A stretch of 64,000 nt of DNA from Acidiferrobacterales bacterium. Its GTDB lineage: Bacteria > Pseudomonadota > Gammaproteobacteria > Acidiferrobacterales > DATGVQ01. The position numbers and the translations under genes were made by a program. Shown piece after piece: positions 1 to 14,550 of the stretch. A model generated the notes under the pieces. It worked only from the letters and a program-made list of their open reading frames with translations. It did no database searches and had not been told where the DNA came from. The first letter of the stretch is position 1. Each line of letters opens with the position of its first letter. Where the stretch lies: positions 73 to 64,072 of the forward strand of contig DATGVQ010000159.1 in the NCBI GenBank assembly GCA_035300145.1, in the 5' to 3' direction.

Positions 1-698
1 TAGATCAATGGCTTCATCTCCGCCAATTTCCTAAAATAGGCCAATCCGTTTTTCTCTCCCATATTCTTCGCGACCGCGGCGAACCACTCGACCGACACGC
101 GTTCGATGGCGAGCTTGCCGCGCCACTTGGGGTTCAACAAATCCTCATAGGACTTCGGCACCTCGTCCGGCTTGACCAGCCCGGTGTTGTAGGCCATGAC
201 ATAGAAATTAAAACGATCGGCCACATAGTGTTTGTGCTTGGGAAAAACCTGCGGAGGAAGGTCCTTAAAGGCCGGACTATAAAACTCCTCGAATATTTTT
301 TCCCGATACAACATTTCCATATGCGCGCCGTCGGTTTCCACCGCATCGACCTCATGCCGCCCGGCGCGCGCCTCCGCAAGCACGCGCTCAACGATCTTGT
401 CTTGCGCGGCGCGCCAAAACTTGACCTTAATGCCGTATTTCTTTTCGAATGCCGCAATCAGCGGCCCGGAGTCTCTCAAAACCGTTGACATATAGACGGT
501 CAAGGCCGCTTCTTTTTTCGCATTCGCGATCAGCTTTTGATCGCGATCCGGCCCCCGATACAGATAGAAGTCGCGCGCGGCCGCCTTTTGCTGTTCTTTT
601 CCACACCCCGAAAGCAATACAGTGCCCGCCAATAACACCATCAGCAGAGCTTGCGCTCGCCCCCTCCGGCACTGGGCACTGCGCTGGAACAAACCCAT
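1..698 (-). CDS. ABC-transporter periplasmic solute-binding lipoprotein (family-1 SBP); C-terminus cut by window edge
   Basis: Absent from the ORF track because it runs off the edge. My own translation of the minus strand from ATG (698-696) stays open to position 1: MGLFQRSAQCRRGRAQALLMVLLAGTVLLSGCGKEQQKAAARDFYLYRGPDRDQKLIANAKKEAALTVYMSTVLRDSGPLIAAFEKKYGIKVKFWRAAQDKIVERVLAEARAGRHEVDAVETDGAHMEMLYREKIFEEFYSPAFKDLPPQVFPKHKHYVADRFNFYVMAYNTGLVKPDEVPKSYEDLLNPKWRGKLAIERVSVEWFAAVAKNMGEKNGLAYFRKLAEMKPLI. Lipobox LLSGC. The overall pattern is typical of Fe3+/polyamine/thiamine-type binding proteins; the substrate cannot be assigned. Confidence 0.8.
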   Translation of the reverse strand, partial: MGLFQRSAQCRRGRAQALLMVLLAGTVLLSGCGKEQQKAAARDFYLYRGPDRDQKLIANAKKEAALTVYMSTVLRDSGPLIAAFEKKYGIKVKFWRAAQDKIVERVLAEARAGRHEVDAVETDGAHMEMLYREKIFEEFYSPAFKDLPPQVFPKHKHYVADRFNFYVMAYNTGLVKPDEVPKSYEDLLNPKWRGKLAIERVSVEWFAAVAKNMGEKNGLAYFRKLAEMKPLI

Positions 699-899
699 GG
701 TTTTTCCCCCCTTTTGGTCGACGGCCGCGGTAATGAGCCCATGGCCGTTAGCGTAAACTCGCCGCTCATGGCGACAGGATGACAAAAAATTCTCCCATTG
801 ATTCCTGCCCTAAATCTAAAATTAACGGTTTTCGCTGAAAACGAACGGGCGCGGATTGTTGCGCCGGTGGAATGGGATCGTAAATGCTGGAATCAGCAA

Positions 900-2168
900 T
901 TAACCACGCACCGGGACATCGCCACCATCATTGTTCTGTTCCGGCGGCATCAAGAAGATAAACAAATTAGCAATGACGATAGTCGCGGCCAAGAAATAGA
1001 ACGCGGCAAGCAAGCCGTAGGCATCGGCAATCACCCCGCCTATCACCGGCGAGACGGCGGAGCCCAGTGCTTGCACGCCGAATAGCACCCCGATGCTGGT
1101 TCCGCCCATATTCTTCGGTGTGGTCTCCAGCAACCACGCCTGCAACACCGGGCGTATAGCATAGAGGAAGAAGCCGAGGAACGCGATAAACACAATAAAT
1201 GCAAACGACTTGCCGGCAAAAATCATGAATAGTAAAACCACGGCGGTCATCGCCATGCTAGCCATAAGAATCTTTCTGCGCCCCATCTTGTCGGACAAAT
1301 ATCCGGAAATAGGCGAGGCGGCGAAGCCCGCGGCCTGCATCACAAACATGCCTATACCCACCCATAGCAGCGAATAATGCATCTCATAAGCCAAATATAA
1401 CGGCAGAAAAGTCAGCAGCGCATTTTGCGTCATGGCGCGGAATCCGGAGCTTGCGGCAAGCAGGATCAGATTTTTATTTTTAAACAGCGCGCCCAAGCCC
1501 TGAAAATATTCGCTTATCGATTGTCCCTCTTTCACGTTGTCCCGTGATTTAGACTTGCCTGCACCCGCTTTTCCTGAAAGTTGCAGCGCGCCAAGGAAAA
1601 CTAAAATCAAGACCGCCATTACCATGCCCGGTATGACGTTAAGCACCACAATTTGTCGCCAGGTGAAAACCGCTAGCAGCGTGCCGATCGCCAACGGCGC
1701 CAGCGCCTCGCCGACATTGCCGCCCATGCCATGCAGGGATAAAACAAAACCCTTCCGATCAGGAAAGCGCTGCGCCAGGGTGGGGATCGCGGACGGATGC
1801 CACAGGTTATTTCCTATACCGACCAATGAAACACAAAGCAGCAATATCCAATAAGTGTGCGTGAACGACATCAGCAAATAAGGAAATCCTATCCAAAATA
1901 AAGACAGCGCCATGAGCAACCCTTTCCTGCCGACGGTGTCGACCAGCATCCCGCCGGGAATATTGGAAATCGCGCCGGCAAGGTATTGGCACGTCATGAT
2001 GAAGCCGATTTGGCTGTAACTTAAGCCCAGCTCTTTACCGATCAAAGGCAGCAGAAGATAAAAAGTCGCCGGATACCAGTGCGTTAGCATATGACCAAGG
2101 CTGATCAACCACATGTCTTTTAAAGATTTACTTTGTTTCGCCTCTAGCGTCGCGACGGTGGTGGACAT
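900..2168 (-). CDS. MFS transporter
   Basis: 422-aa ORF with about 12 hydrophobic spans and an MFS motif-A-like loop (GGMLVDTVGRKG). Substrate unknown. Confidence 0.85.
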   Translation of the reverse strand: MSTTVATLEAKQSKSLKDMWLISLGHMLTHWYPATFYLLLPLIGKELGLSYSQIGFIMTCQYLAGAISNIPGGMLVDTVGRKGLLMALSLFWIGFPYLLMSFTHTYWILLLCVSLVGIGNNLWHPSAIPTLAQRFPDRKGFVLSLHGMGGNVGEALAPLAIGTLLAVFTWRQIVVLNVIPGMVMAVLILVFLGALQLSGKAGAGKSKSRDNVKEGQSISEYFQGLGALFKNKNLILLAASSGFRAMTQNALLTFLPLYLAYEMHYSLLWVGIGMFVMQAAGFAASPISGYLSDKMGRRKILMASMAMTAVVLLFMIFAGKSFAFIVFIAFLGFFLYAIRPVLQAWLLETTPKNMGGTSIGVLFGVQALGSAVSPVIGGVIADAYGLLAAFYFLAATIVIANLFIFLMPPEQNNDGGDVPVRG

Positions 2169-2285
2169 GCAAAATTTACCTCGGTTTGATGAGTTCGTTC
2201 TTGAATAATATCAGCTCACTGTACTACCTTCCAGTTTCCGCTGGCGGGTAGAGATGAAATGAGTTCTGCTCGCACTGACAAAAGC

Positions 2286-2732
2286 TTAGTTTTTAACGTA
2301 GGCGCGCAAGGTTAAGCGTGCGCGAAGATCGCGCAATGCGTCCGGCTTCACCCCATCCTTCAGGATGACCAGATTAATGGGCAATAACCGGCCGGGACAA
2401 CGCAGGCACAGGATCACCACCCAGGGATGCACAAAACTGGAAATGAGCCGGCACCGCGACCAGCGCTTATCTTTCTTCCATTGCACGGCGTATTGTCCTT
2501 CCGACTCCTCCAAACCGATCACGGCCGCGTCCACATTGCGCAAGGCATGGAGGGAAATGGAATAATAACCACTGAGCGCGATGGCGATATCTAAACCGGC
2601 TTGCAAAAACCAGGCTAACTGGGCAAGCACGACGCTCAATAGCGCCCCGGCATGGATAAAAAGCAGCATCACCAGCAAGGTTGGTGATTCATGCAAATCA
2701 AGGCCGAGCTTGTTAGCGAAGCTTGCTGACAA
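2286..2732 (-). CDS. ygfX: YgfX/CptA-like inner-membrane protein
   Basis: 148 aa, immediately downstream of sdhE and overlapping it by 20 nt, as in the E. coli ygfY-ygfX pair. Two N-terminal hydrophobic helices (LLVMLLFIHAGALLSVVL...) and a C-terminal DALRDLRARL resembling the E. coli YgfX tail as I recall it. Confidence 0.7.
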   Translation of the reverse strand: MSASFANKLGLDLHESPTLLVMLLFIHAGALLSVVLAQLAWFLQAGLDIAIALSGYYSISLHALRNVDAAVIGLEESEGQYAVQWKKDKRWSRCRLISSFVHPWVVILCLRCPGRLLPINLVILKDGVKPDALRDLRARLTLRAYVKN

Positions 2733-2991
2733 GGTCCCTCAATTCCGGATCGGAAATTTCCTGTTTGTCCGGCTCTGTCCCGGCATCTGCGCTCCCCCGG
2801 GTCAGCCATTGCAGTAAGGTCGGGTCCGGCAGTTGCAGCAAGCGGGCAAACGCATTTTGTTCGGCCTCGCTGAGAGCGGCATAATGCCGTTCGAGAAAGT
2901 CATTGAGAATTAAATCCAATTCCAATTGCCCCCGGCGGCATTGCCATCTTAGCCGATTGAATTTTTGTCCTGGGTTATCATCGAAAGACAT
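2713..2991 (-). CDS. sdhE: FAD assembly factor SdhE (YgfY family)
   Basis: 92 aa with the conserved RGxxE motif (RRGQLELD). Divergent from ygfZ as in enterobacteria. Confidence 0.9.
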   Translation of the reverse strand: MSFDDNPGQKFNRLRWQCRRGQLELDLILNDFLERHYAALSEAEQNAFARLLQLPDPTLLQWLTRGSADAGTEPDKQEISDPELRDLVSKLR

Positions 2992-3056
2992 GGGGCTCAG
3001 TATATTCCTATGCCAAAAATTCGCTATGATGTTAGTCTTAAGTAAAGGAGTAATTT

Positions 3057-4115
3057 ATGCAAAATGAATGGCAACGCTTTCTTACTCAGGCCGGCGCTAT
3101 TATTGAAACCGGCGAGGTGCGGCATTTCGGTCATCCGCAAGCGGAGACGAAAACCGCCGCCGGCAAGAATGTCATTGCCGACTTATCGCATTTCTCGCTG
3201 ATCCGGGCGCATGGTAGGGACGCGGAAATCTTTCTGCAAGCGCAACTTAGCAACGACATCAAATCGCTGAACCAGACAAGCCGGCTGGCCGCTTATTGTA
3301 ATGCGCAGGGGCGCATGTTAGCGATTTTCCGTGTTCTTAAATCCGCTGACAATTTTCTTTTACAACTTCATAGCTCGCTGCGGGAATCCATCCTCAAGCG
3401 CCTGAAGATGTTTGTGTTGCGCGCCCAAGTCGCGCTGGAAAGCGCAGACGAGGAGTTGGCCCGTATCGGCCTATCGGGACCGGACACGCCTCGGTTACTG
3501 CAAGATCTGTCGTTAGCGCCGCCGGAAAAAACCGATGATTGCCGCGCTCATAATGGCTTAACGCTATTACGCTTGCCGGGAATATCCCCCCGTTTCGAGA
3601 TTATCGGCGCCTACCCGGCCATCGAGGACCTGTGGCGGCGCCTAAAGCCTCTCACGCCGGTGGGCGCACCTGCCTGGGCATGGCTCGATATCATGGCCGG
3701 CATTCCCACGCTGTTCCCGCCGACGATGGAGGCGTTTGTGCCGCAAATGGCCAATCTCGATCTCATCGGCGGGATCAGTTTTGAAAAAGGTTGCTATCCC
3801 GGACAGGAAATCGTCGCCCGCACCCATTATCGAGGCAGGCTCAAACAACGCATGTACCGCGGCCACATCCAAGACCCGGTGCAGCCACAACCCGGCGAAT
3901 CCCTATACGCCCCCAATCTACCGGGGCAAAGCGCCGGCACCATCGTAGACGCGCAACCATCCCCGCAAGGCGGTTACGATCTGCTTGCTATTATTCAAAT
4001 CAGTAGCGCGGAACAAGGAGAGCTCCATCTTGAAAACCTAGAAGGGACGCGGGTGGAGATCCTGGATTTGCCCTATCCGGTGGCGGCAGCCGAGGCCCAG
4101 CGGCACCCGGTTTAA
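3057..4115 (+). CDS. ygfZ: Folate-dependent Fe/S-cluster / tRNA-modification protein YgfZ
   Basis: 352 aa with the signature KGCYPGQE near the C-terminal third. SD AAGGAG lies 7 nt upstream of the ATG. Confidence 0.9.
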   Translation: MQNEWQRFLTQAGAIIETGEVRHFGHPQAETKTAAGKNVIADLSHFSLIRAHGRDAEIFLQAQLSNDIKSLNQTSRLAAYCNAQGRMLAIFRVLKSADNFLLQLHSSLRESILKRLKMFVLRAQVALESADEELARIGLSGPDTPRLLQDLSLAPPEKTDDCRAHNGLTLLRLPGISPRFEIIGAYPAIEDLWRRLKPLTPVGAPAWAWLDIMAGIPTLFPPTMEAFVPQMANLDLIGGISFEKGCYPGQEIVARTHYRGRLKQRMYRGHIQDPVQPQPGESLYAPNLPGQSAGTIVDAQPSPQGGYDLLAIIQISSAEQGELHLENLEGTRVEILDLPYPVAAAEAQRHPV

Positions 4116-4121
4116 AAAACT

Positions 4122-4421
4122 TTACTTTTTGGATTTTGGTTTTTCAGTCTGGGCGTCGGTCGTCTGAAAAAAGGTTTCGCCTTTTTTTACCATACCGAGT
4201 TCTGAGCGCGCGCGCTCCTCGATCGCCGTCAAGCCATTCTTAAGATCAAGCACCTCTGCCTCAAGCGCGGCATTATGTTCGCGCAGCCGCGCATTTTCCG
4301 CCTTTTGCGCGGCGATCTCGCGTTCCAACCGCCACAAGGTGATAACGCTGCTGTTCCCAAACCATAACGGATATTGGAGCAAAAGTAACAGGACCAGCAG
4401 AACATAAGACGCGATTTTCAC
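4122..4421 (-). CDS. ftsB: Cell division protein FtsB
   Basis: 99 aa with an N-terminal TM helix then a coiled coil (LEREIAAQKAENARLREHNAALEAEVLDLK). Canonical position downstream of eno. Confidence 0.9.
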   Translation of the reverse strand: MKIASYVLLVLLLLLQYPLWFGNSSVITLWRLEREIAAQKAENARLREHNAALEAEVLDLKNGLTAIEERARSELGMVKKGETFFQTTDAQTEKPKSKK

Positions 4422-4437
4422 AACATTAAATTAATCC

Positions 4438-5748
<1,311 letters not shown>

Positions 5749-5770
5749 TTAAAGAAGGAATTATTCCGAT

Positions 5771-8304
<2,534 letters not shown>

Positions 8305-8347
8305 CTACCAGATGGAAGCATTTTACTCAATAACCTGGCGGCAAAAT

Positions 8348-9715
8348 TTAACCCGATCGGAGTTTATCAAGCACCAGCACCCACCCCGCCTCCTGCGGCC
8401 GCGCCTGATACGGCTCACACACCCATAAATCCCCGACCGCCGCCAATTCTTCGCCTACATATAGTAACGGGATGCGCGCGCGTTGCCAGGGCGGCATCCC
8501 GCGCTCCTGAAGTAACTTTTTTAACTTATGGTGATGCGCGCGCCCCGGCAAACGGCAGCTTTCCCCGCCCCGGCGCAGCCGCACCTGCAACCGCCGCCCG
8601 GCGACTTTGTCCTGGGACAGGCCCTTGCCGACCGCGGAAACGGCGCTGAGACGATAACCGATGGCAGGCAATGGCAACGCGGCGGATAAATTCCAGGCAA
8701 TATCCAACTCTGGAATCTCGCATAGTGCAGGCGTGGCATACAGCACATCGCGGTAACGATGAATTTCCACGCCCGGCCATTGGATCAAGGCATGGCGGGT
8801 TTTCGGCAAGTGGAATAATTGCTTAATAATTTGCTCCAGATGCAGGCTGCTCGGCGGCAGGAATGCCTGTGCGCGCAGCCAATAGCGGATGACATTGTGC
8901 AATCTGGACGGAGAAAGCCGGAGTGCAGCCGGGATAGATAACCCATCGCCATCAGCCCGGCAATGCGCTAAATCGGCGGCGCCGATTTCATTTAACAGCG
9001 CGGCGGCATCGGCGGCATGCGCCGCGGTGCGCGCCAATACCTTCGCCGCCTGCGGCCATTGCGCGCGAATTAAAGGCAAGACCTGGTGGCGGATAAAATT
9101 ACGCGCATAGCGCCCGTCCTCATTACTGGCATCCTCAATCCAGTGCAGATTATTTAAGCGGGCATATGCCTCTAACGCGCGGCGGGGAAACGCAAGCAGC
9201 GGGCGCGCCAGGCGCCCGGCGCCGAAATCGGTAATCGCCGGCATCGCCGCCAGCCCCTGCACGCCGGCGCCGCGGAACAATTGCAACAAAACGGTTTCCG
9301 CCTGATCGTCCTGATGATGCGCGGCCAGCAAGATATCGCCGCTGGCGATATAGGCGCGCAATTTGTCATAACGCGCCGTGCGCGCCGCGGCTTCCAAACC
9401 TTTTTCTCCATCTCGTTTGACCTGAATCGACTCCACAACACAAGGCACATCAAGTTGTGTACAAACCTGCTGACAGTGCCGCGCCCATGCGGGTGACATC
9501 GGTTGCAGCCCATGGTCAATATGCAATGCCGTCAACTGCAAGCGGACTTGCGCGCGCACTTGCACCAGCGCGTGCAATAGGACGTGCGAATCGAGGCCGC
9601 CGCTGAAAGCAAGTTTGAAATTGGCGCCGGGCTTAATGCCCAGATGCTCAAAGAGGATATGGCAAAGGGCGGATGGGGAAAAAACAGTTGAACTAGCGGG
9701 TTGCTGAAAAGGCAT
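8348..9715 (-). CDS. tilS: tRNA(Ile)-lysidine synthetase
   Basis: PP-loop SGGLDS present. The ORF-track start at 9772 would translate two REP-like hairpins (9748-9786), so I prefer the ATG at 9715 (MPFQQP...). The start remains uncertain. Confidence 0.88.
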   Translation of the reverse strand: MPFQQPASSTVFSPSALCHILFEHLGIKPGANFKLAFSGGLDSHVLLHALVQVRAQVRLQLTALHIDHGLQPMSPAWARHCQQVCTQLDVPCVVESIQVKRDGEKGLEAAARTARYDKLRAYIASGDILLAAHHQDDQAETVLLQLFRGAGVQGLAAMPAITDFGAGRLARPLLAFPRRALEAYARLNNLHWIEDASNEDGRYARNFIRHQVLPLIRAQWPQAAKVLARTAAHAADAAALLNEIGAADLAHCRADGDGLSIPAALRLSPSRLHNVIRYWLRAQAFLPPSSLHLEQIIKQLFHLPKTRHALIQWPGVEIHRYRDVLYATPALCEIPELDIAWNLSAALPLPAIGYRLSAVSAVGKGLSQDKVAGRRLQVRLRRGGESCRLPGRAHHHKLKKLLQERGMPPWQRARIPLLYVGEELAAVGDLWVCEPYQARPQEAGWVLVLDKLRSG

Positions 9716-9746
9716 TTTTCGGCAACCTGCCAGGCGCCGCAGGCTG

Positions 9747-9786
9747 AGGCGCGAAGCGCCGAACGGGCGCACAAGGAAGTGCGCCC
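9747..9786 (-). repeat. REP-like double hairpin between accA and tilS
   Basis: Hairpins GGCGC-gaa-GCGCC (9748-9760) and GGGCGCA-N8-TGCGCCC (9765-9786). Shares the 13-nt core with 18072-18084. Confidence 0.6.
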
Positions 9787-9840
9787 CGGGCTTCCAAGCG
9801 CAGCGGGACCGCGTAGCGCCGGAAGGACTTTTCCAGCATC

Positions 9841-10803
9841 TTACGAGTCTTCCTCAAATTTGCCATATTGCATCAAGCGGGTATAGCGCCGTTGGAGTAA
9901 TCGATCCAACGGGATTGTAGATAAACCATTAAGCGCGGAGATCAATGCGCCTTTGAGCGTTTTTGCCATCGCATCAACATCCCGGTGTGCGCCGCCCAGC
10001 GGCTCCGGCACGATCTCATCGATTAACCCGAGCTTGCTTAAACTCTCCGCCGTGATACCCATGGCTTCCGCCGCCACACTGGCCTTAGTCGCGCTTTTCC
10101 AGAGTATGGAGGCGCATCCTTCCGGTGAGATTACCGAATAAGTGGCATACTGCAACATCAGCATGCGGTCGCAGACACCGATGGCCAACGCGCCGCCGGA
10201 GCCGCCTTCGCCGATGACTGTGCTGAGGATCGGCGTTTTAAGCGCGGCCATAACGTATAAATTGCGCGCGATCGCCTCGCTCTGCCCGCGTTCCTCCGCG
10301 CCCACGCCGGGATAAGCGCCGGGCGTATCGATAAACGTCAACACCGGGAGTTTAAAGCGCTCCGCGGTCTTCATTAAGCGCAACGCCTTGCGGTAACCTT
10401 CCGGGCGCGGCATGCCGAAATTGCGCCGGACTTTCTCGCGTGTATCGCGGCCTTTTTGGTGCCCGATTACCGCCACCGTTTTTTCTTCCAGGCGCGCGAT
10501 ACCGGCGACGATCGCGGGATCATCGGCAAACACCCGGTCGCCGTGCAATTCCTGAAAATCGGTAAAAATCCGTTCGATATAATCGAGCGTGTAAGGCCGC
10601 TGCGCATGCCGCGCGAGTTGCGCGATCTGCCAAGGAGTCAGCGAAGAAAAAATAGATTCGGTCAGCTTGCGGCTTTTTGCGCGCAGGCGATTTATCTCCT
10701 CATTAATATTAATTTCGCCGCTGGAGCCAAGATAGTGTAATGATTCGATTTTGGCTTCCAAATCGGCGATGGACCGCTCGAATTCTAAGAAATTCTGATT
10801 CAT
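9841..10803 (-). CDS. accA: Acetyl-CoA carboxylase carboxyltransferase alpha subunit
   Basis: Start chosen at the internal Met ([22 protein letters not shown]), which matches the E. coli AccA N-terminus ([22 protein letters not shown]). Confidence 0.96.
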   Translation of the reverse strand: MNQNFLEFERSIADLEAKIESLHYLGSSGEININEEINRLRAKSRKLTESIFSSLTPWQIAQLARHAQRPYTLDYIERIFTDFQELHGDRVFADDPAIVAGIARLEEKTVAVIGHQKGRDTREKVRRNFGMPRPEGYRKALRLMKTAERFKLPVLTFIDTPGAYPGVGAEERGQSEAIARNLYVMAALKTPILSTVIGEGGSGGALAIGVCDRMLMLQYATYSVISPEGCASILWKSATKASVAAEAMGITAESLSKLGLIDEIVPEPLGGAHRDVDAMAKTLKGALISALNGLSTIPLDRLLQRRYTRLMQYGKFEEDS

Positions 10804-10877
10804 ATTTTCTATTAAATTGTTTGACGTCGGCGTTATTTCGCCCCTCACAAACCCCCTTTATGAGAAGTCCATGCCGC

Positions 10878-13800
10878 TTATAATGACAACGTTTTCGGCT
10901 TCCCAATGTATTGCTGGCTTTCGGCATAGATTAAACGTACATGCTCGTCGCCTGCAAGCCGGGATAATCGCTCAAGAATGATCGCCGTCGGATTAATCTT
11001 CCATTCTTCCCCCAAGGCGATCTCCACCTCGGCCGAGGCAGTGTGGTATTTGATATAAATGGGACACGAGCCGGGTGTTACCGGATGCAATATTTCCTTC
11101 AATTCGTGAATGAAGCCGTTGCCTGCAAGCGCGAAATCCAGGTCAATAACCAGACATTTAGCAAACGCCGCGCGCGCCTGATCCATATTATAGATCCGTT
11201 CGGCATTCATTTTAAATCCACCGGAATATTCATCCACACTCACATGCCCTTCCACCACCAATAGATTATCCTTGCCGAGCAGATCGCGATGGCGTGTATA
11301 TAATTCGGAAAAAACCGCCAATTCCAAGCGGCCGCTGCGGTCATCCAACGTGACGAATGCCATTCTATCGCCGCGCCGCGTATTCATGGTGCGCATCGCG
11401 ACCACCAGCCCTGCCACCACAACCGTGCGGTCGGCGGTCGGTTTCAAATCGACGATGCGGGTAGCAATTCGCGCCAACTCCGCTTCATAACGCTGAATTG
11501 GATGGCCGCTGAAATACAAACCGAGCGTCTCCTTCTCGCCCTCAAGACGCAGCTCTTCGCTCCACGCCGGCACCTCAAGGAATTGGTTTTCTGGGATGGT
11601 GTCATGCACTGCACCGAACAAATCCTCCTGGCCGGCGTTGCGATTTTTAGCGTGCTGATCGGCGGCGGCGAGCGCCTTGTCCAGCGACGCCATCATGGCC
11701 GCGCGATGCGGCCCCAGCGCATCGAGCGCCCCGGCGCGGATGAGCGACTCCAGTACCCGGCGGTTGACCTTGCGCGCGTCCACCCGCTTGCATAAATCAA
11801 ACAAATCTTTAAACGGCTGATCGCCGCGGCCCGGCTCGGCCTGGGCTTTATTTCTGACTGCCAAAATCGCCTCGATCGCCGAGAGACCTAAGCCTTTAAT
11901 CGCGCCTAATCCATAGAGGATGGTGTTGTCATCCAGCGGAACAAAGGCATATTCACAGCGGTTAATATCGGGAGACAGAATTTTCAATTGCATGTCGCGG
12001 CACTCGGCAATCATGGTCACCACCTTGTCGGTATGATCCATATCGGCGGACAGCACCGCCGCCATAAACGCCGCCGGATAATGCGCCTTAAGCCAGGCGG
12101 TTTGATAAGCGATCAGCGCGTACGCGGCGGAATGCGAACGATTGAATCCATAGCCGGCGAACTTTTCAATCAAATCGAAAATATGCGTAGCGAGTTTTGC
12201 GCTGTAACCGCGCGCTTCCGCGCCTTTGATGAATCCTTCGCGCTGTTGCGCCATCTCTTCCGGCTTCTTCTTGCCCATCGCGCGACGCAGAAGATCGGCC
12301 TTGCCGAGCGTGTACCCCGCCAACACCTGCGCGATCTGCATCGCCTGCTCTTGATACAAGATCACGCCGTAAGTGGACTTCAATATCGGCTCCAGCACCG
12401 GATGCGAATATTCCACTTTGATGCGTTTGTGTTTGCGGTTGATAAAATCATCCACCATGCCGGACTGCAACGGGCCCGGGCGGAATAACGCCACCAGCGC
12501 CACGATCTCTTCGAACGTATCCGGCTGCAGGCGTTGAATCAAATCCTTTATGCCGCGCGATTCCAGTTGGAATAACGCGGTGGTGCGGCAGGATTTTAGC
12601 CAGGCGTAAGTCGCGGGATCGTCGATCGGCAGGTGCTCGATGACCAGGGGAGGCTCATTATGGGCGGCGCGCTGCGCGTTAATCGTCTTCACCGCCTTAT
12701 CGATGATAGTTAAGGTACGCAGGCCCAGAAAGTCGAACTTCACCAGTCCCAGCGCTTCCACATCGTCTTTATCCAACTGGGTGACGAGTTGCTTGCCGCC
12801 TTGTTCGCAATAAAGCGGCATGAAATCAGTCAGCGCCGATGGCGCAATCACCACGCCGCCGGCGTGCTTGCCGGCATTGCGCGCCAGGCCCTCCAAGGCG
12901 CGCGCGGTGTCCAACAACACCCGCACCTCTTCCTCCTGTTCATAGCGTTCGCGTAGCGCCGGCTCTTGCGCCAGCGCCTTATCCAACGTCATGCCGATTT
13001 CAAACGGAATTAATTTCGCAATCTTGTCGACATAACCATAGGGATGATCGAGCACGCGGCCGACGTCGCGTATCACTGCCTTCGCCGCCATGCTGCCGTA
13101 GGTGATGATCTGGGAGACTTTATCCTGGCCATAGCGCTGCGTGACGTACTCGATCACACGGTCGCGGCCTTCCATACAAAAGTCAATATCAAAGTCCGGC
13201 AGCGACACGCGCTCAGGATTAAGAAACCGCTCAAACAGCAGGTCATATTGGATCGGATCGAGCTCCGTGATCCCCAATGCGTAAGCCACCAACGAACCGG
13301 CGCCCGATCCACGTCCGGGTCCCACCGGCACGCCATTGTTTTTTGCCCACAAAATAAAATCGGCCACGATTAAAAAGTAGCCGGGAAATCCCATTTTGAT
13401 GATTACATCCAATTCATTGCCGAGCCGTTCCTGGTAAAGGCTTTGTTTGGCCGCGCGGATTTGTTCCGGCAATAATGCCAGACGCTTTTCCAAACCAAGC
13501 TGCGCCTCACGACGCAACACCATATCGACCGTCATTCCCGCCGGTATTGGAAAATCCGGCAAGAAATAACGATCGAATTCCAGGCGGAAATTGCAGCGCT
13601 TGGCGATCTCTAACGTATTCTCCAACGCCTCCGGCATATCCTGGAACAGCGCCGCCATTTCTTCACCGCTGCGGAAATACTGCTGCGGGGTATAACGCTT
13701 CGGCCGGCGGCTATCCGTCAGCACGCGGCCGTCTTGAATGCACACCCTGACCTCATGCGCCTCAAAATCAGCGCTTTTTAGGAAATGCACATGATTGGTC

Positions 13801-14390
13801 GCCACCACCGGCAGCCGCATGCGCTCAGCCAGGCGTATGGCGGCATGATTGTAATCTTCTTGGAACGGTTGGCCGGTGCGCTGCACCTCGATATAAAAGC
13901 GCTGCGGAAATACCCGGGCATACTCCAGGGCGAGCTGTTCCGCCAGCGCCAGGTTACCGGACAACAAGGCCTGGCCGAGATCGCCTTGCTGGGCGCCGGA
14001 CAACGCAATCAAACCCTCCGCTTGCGCCGCCAACCAGGTCTTGTCGATGCAGGGCTTACCCGAATGCTGGCCCTCGGTATAAGCGCGCGTGATCAAGCGG
14101 CTTAAATTGCGGTAGCCCTGGGAATTTTGGCACAGTAACACCAATCGGTGAGGTTTGTAGTGATCGCCGGCGTTATCCAGCCACGCATCGGCGCCGATAA
14201 TCGGTTTAATCCCAGCCGCCACTGCCTGCTGATAAAACTTTACCATGGCAAAGAGATTACTGAGGTCAGTGACCGCCACCGCCGGCATGCCCATGTGGGC
14301 GGCGCTTTCGACCAGATCCTCAATACGGACAATGCCGTCGGCTAGCGAAAATTCCGAATGAACCCGGAGATGGACAAAGGATGTGCTCAC
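10878..14390 (-). CDS. dnaE: DNA polymerase III alpha subunit
   Basis: 1170 aa with an N-terminal PHP domain (FVHLRVHSEFSLADG). Full-length DnaE. Confidence 0.98.
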   Translation of the reverse strand: MSTSFVHLRVHSEFSLADGIVRIEDLVESAAHMGMPAVAVTDLSNLFAMVKFYQQAVAAGIKPIIGADAWLDNAGDHYKPHRLVLLCQNSQGYRNLSRLITRAYTEGQHSGKPCIDKTWLAAQAEGLIALSGAQQGDLGQALLSGNLALAEQLALEYARVFPQRFYIEVQRTGQPFQEDYNHAAIRLAERMRLPVVATNHVHFLKSADFEAHEVRVCIQDGRVLTDSRRPKRYTPQQYFRSGEEMAALFQDMPEALENTLEIAKRCNFRLEFDRYFLPDFPIPAGMTVDMVLRREAQLGLEKRLALLPEQIRAAKQSLYQERLGNELDVIIKMGFPGYFLIVADFILWAKNNGVPVGPGRGSGAGSLVAYALGITELDPIQYDLLFERFLNPERVSLPDFDIDFCMEGRDRVIEYVTQRYGQDKVSQIITYGSMAAKAVIRDVGRVLDHPYGYVDKIAKLIPFEIGMTLDKALAQEPALRERYEQEEEVRVLLDTARALEGLARNAGKHAGGVVIAPSALTDFMPLYCEQGGKQLVTQLDKDDVEALGLVKFDFLGLRTLTIIDKAVKTINAQRAAHNEPPLVIEHLPIDDPATYAWLKSCRTTALFQLESRGIKDLIQRLQPDTFEEIVALVALFRPGPLQSGMVDDFINRKHKRIKVEYSHPVLEPILKSTYGVILYQEQAMQIAQVLAGYTLGKADLLRRAMGKKKPEEMAQQREGFIKGAEARGYSAKLATHIFDLIEKFAGYGFNRSHSAAYALIAYQTAWLKAHYPAAFMAAVLSADMDHTDKVVTMIAECRDMQLKILSPDINRCEYAFVPLDDNTILYGLGAIKGLGLSAIEAILAVRNKAQAEPGRGDQPFKDLFDLCKRVDARKVNRRVLESLIRAGALDALGPHRAAMMASLDKALAAADQHAKNRNAGQEDLFGAVHDTIPENQFLEVPAWSEELRLEGEKETLGLYFSGHPIQRYEAELARIATRIVDLKPTADRTVVVAGLVVAMRTMNTRRGDRMAFVTLDDRSGRLELAVFSELYTRHRDLLGKDNLLVVEGHVSVDEYSGGFKMNAERIYNMDQARAAFAKCLVIDLDFALAGNGFIHELKEILHPVTPGSCPIYIKYHTASAEVEIALGEEWKINPTAIILERLSRLAGDEHVRLIYAESQQYIGKPKTLSL

Positions 14391-14550
14391 GGGCGCTATT
14401 TCACCGCAAAACAGATGCTCAGGGAAGCGGTTTGATCAGTTAATTGTTGGAGATCAATAAAACTCCAAGAGCGGCTTATAAGTTATTAATTATAAAAACT
14501 ATTACTGCCCAGACTTGGATTTTTGGCAGCCATTCCAGCAGCGCGCCTCC

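Noticed and set aside
134-733. Four short ORFs listed in the track (134-457 -, 228-488 +, 427-672 -, 449-733 +).
   Set aside because: All are out of frame with the edge-truncated 232-codon solute-binding-protein gene (1-698, minus) and embedded in it. That gene gives a far more protein-like translation.
699-899. Possible riboswitch or leader upstream of the solute-binding-protein gene (CCATG...CATGG pairing around 740-775).
   Set aside because: I could not match it to any riboswitch core that I know (TPP, cobalamin, Moco). The pairings are short. It needs an Rfam scan before anything can be claimed.
9716-9772. N-terminal extensions given by the track for tilS (to 9772), livH (to 40861), lpxB (to 21116), cdsA (to 29211), accA (to 10848) and higB (from 14523).
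   Set aside because: The extensions translate REP hairpins or overlap the preceding gene. Homology to the known N-termini and better SD or coupling signals support the downstream starts used in the feature list.
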